Shown here piece after piece: positions 51,377 to 52,069 of a DNA stretch of 52,069 nt. A program made the position numbers and the translations under genes. The stretch covers positions 1 to 52,069 of the forward strand of contig JBOFGX010000173.1 of NCBI GenBank assembly GCA_051649345.1. Direction: 5' to 3'. Each line of letters begins with the position of its first letter. Within the stretch, counting starts at the first letter, position 1. The notes beneath the pieces are model-generated. The model did no database searches, had not been told where the DNA came from, and was given only the letters and a program-made list of their open reading frames with translations. This stretch comes from Leadbetterella sp. (GTDB taxonomy: Bacteria; Bacteroidota; Bacteroidia; Cytophagales; Spirosomataceae).

Positions 51377-52069
51377 TTAAAGAATCATTTTTTCGATCGG
51401 AACAACTAAAATCCCTTGTGCACCTGCTGAACGAAGAGCTTCAATTTTTTCCCAAAATTCGGCTTCTTCCAATACGGAATGTACGGAACTCCAGCCTTCT
51501 TGAGCTAAAGGCATAATGGTGGGACTTTTCATACCTGATATAATGGATACTATTTTATCTAAATTTTCATTGGGGGCATTCAAAAGTATATAGCGATTAT
51601 CTTGGGCCTTCTGGACAGCATTGATTCTAAACAATAGCTTATTTAAAGTAGCTTGCTTTTCCTCATTCAAGGTTTTGTTTGATATCAATACAGCTTCAGA
51701 CTTAAATATTTTTTCTACTTCCTTGAGCCCATTACTCAAAAGCGTGCTTCCTGTACTAACTATATCACAAATGGCATCACTAAGCCCTATAGACGGAGCG
51801 ATCTCTACGGAACCACTGATCTCATGTATTTCAGCCTTTATTTTGTGCGTATCTAAATAGTTTTGCAAAATCCTGGGGTAGCTAGTCGCTATACTTAGGC
51901 CTTGAAGAGTTTGCGGACCATCGAACTTCGCTTCTCTGGGCATAGCAATTGACAATCGGCATTTAGAAAAACCTAGTTTTTTTACTAAATCAACAGATTT
52001 ATGACTCTCCACGAGTACATTTTCACCAACTACACCTAAGTCAGCCACACCGTCTTCAACATATCCTGG
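51377..52069 (-). CDS. hisG: ATP phosphoribosyltransferase, long form (5' end outside the window)
   Basis: Frame open to the window edge (PGYVEDGVADLGVVG); IATSYP, GSVEIAP, DIVSTGSTL, C-terminal regulatory domain. Confidence 0.96.
   Translation of the reverse strand, partial: PGYVEDGVADLGVVGENVLVESHKSVDLVKKLGFSKCRLSIAMPREAKFDGPQTLQGLSIATSYPRILQNYLDTHKIKAEIHEISGSVEIAPSIGLSDAICDIVSTGSTLLSNGLKEVEKIFKSEAVLISNKTLNEEKQATLNKLLFRINAVQKAQDNRYILLNAPNENLDKIVSIISGMKSPTIMPLAQEGWSSVHSVLEEAEFWEKIEALRSAGAQGILVVPIEKMIL

Overview
AT-rich chromosomal window from a Bacteroidota genome, probably Cytophagales and possibly Spirosomataceae-like. This inference rests on TAnnTTTG promoters, ruvA-sprA, T9SS cargo and a 'coathanger'-type C-terminus. 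Most genes are housekeeping: pyrG, rsmA, rfbA/rfbB/galE, xerC, rpsU, ftsB-like, eno, ruvA, sprA, tspO, recA, a DEAD-box helicase, ppa, hisD and hisG. Accessory envelope or secreted proteins are interspersed: a DUF5916 barrel, a TonB receptor with its lipoprotein, a modular GH9, a beta-helix protein and a CotH protein. I found no transposase, prophage, CRISPR array, rRNA or tRNA, and no clearly new multi-gene protein system. The least-explained signals are non-coding. The first is a 320-350 bp MITE/REP-like palindromic element (3 full copies and 1 deleted copy) that brackets a 6.8 kb gene block and carries paired ~16 bp micro-insertions. The second is a separate ~180 bp palindromic element. The others are a strong Shine-Dalgarno on rpsU, a hairpin that combines the rpsU terminator with the xerC promoter and start codon, and CTAA-N5-TTAG boxes upstream of recA. 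All family assignments come from motif recognition by eye; no searches were run.
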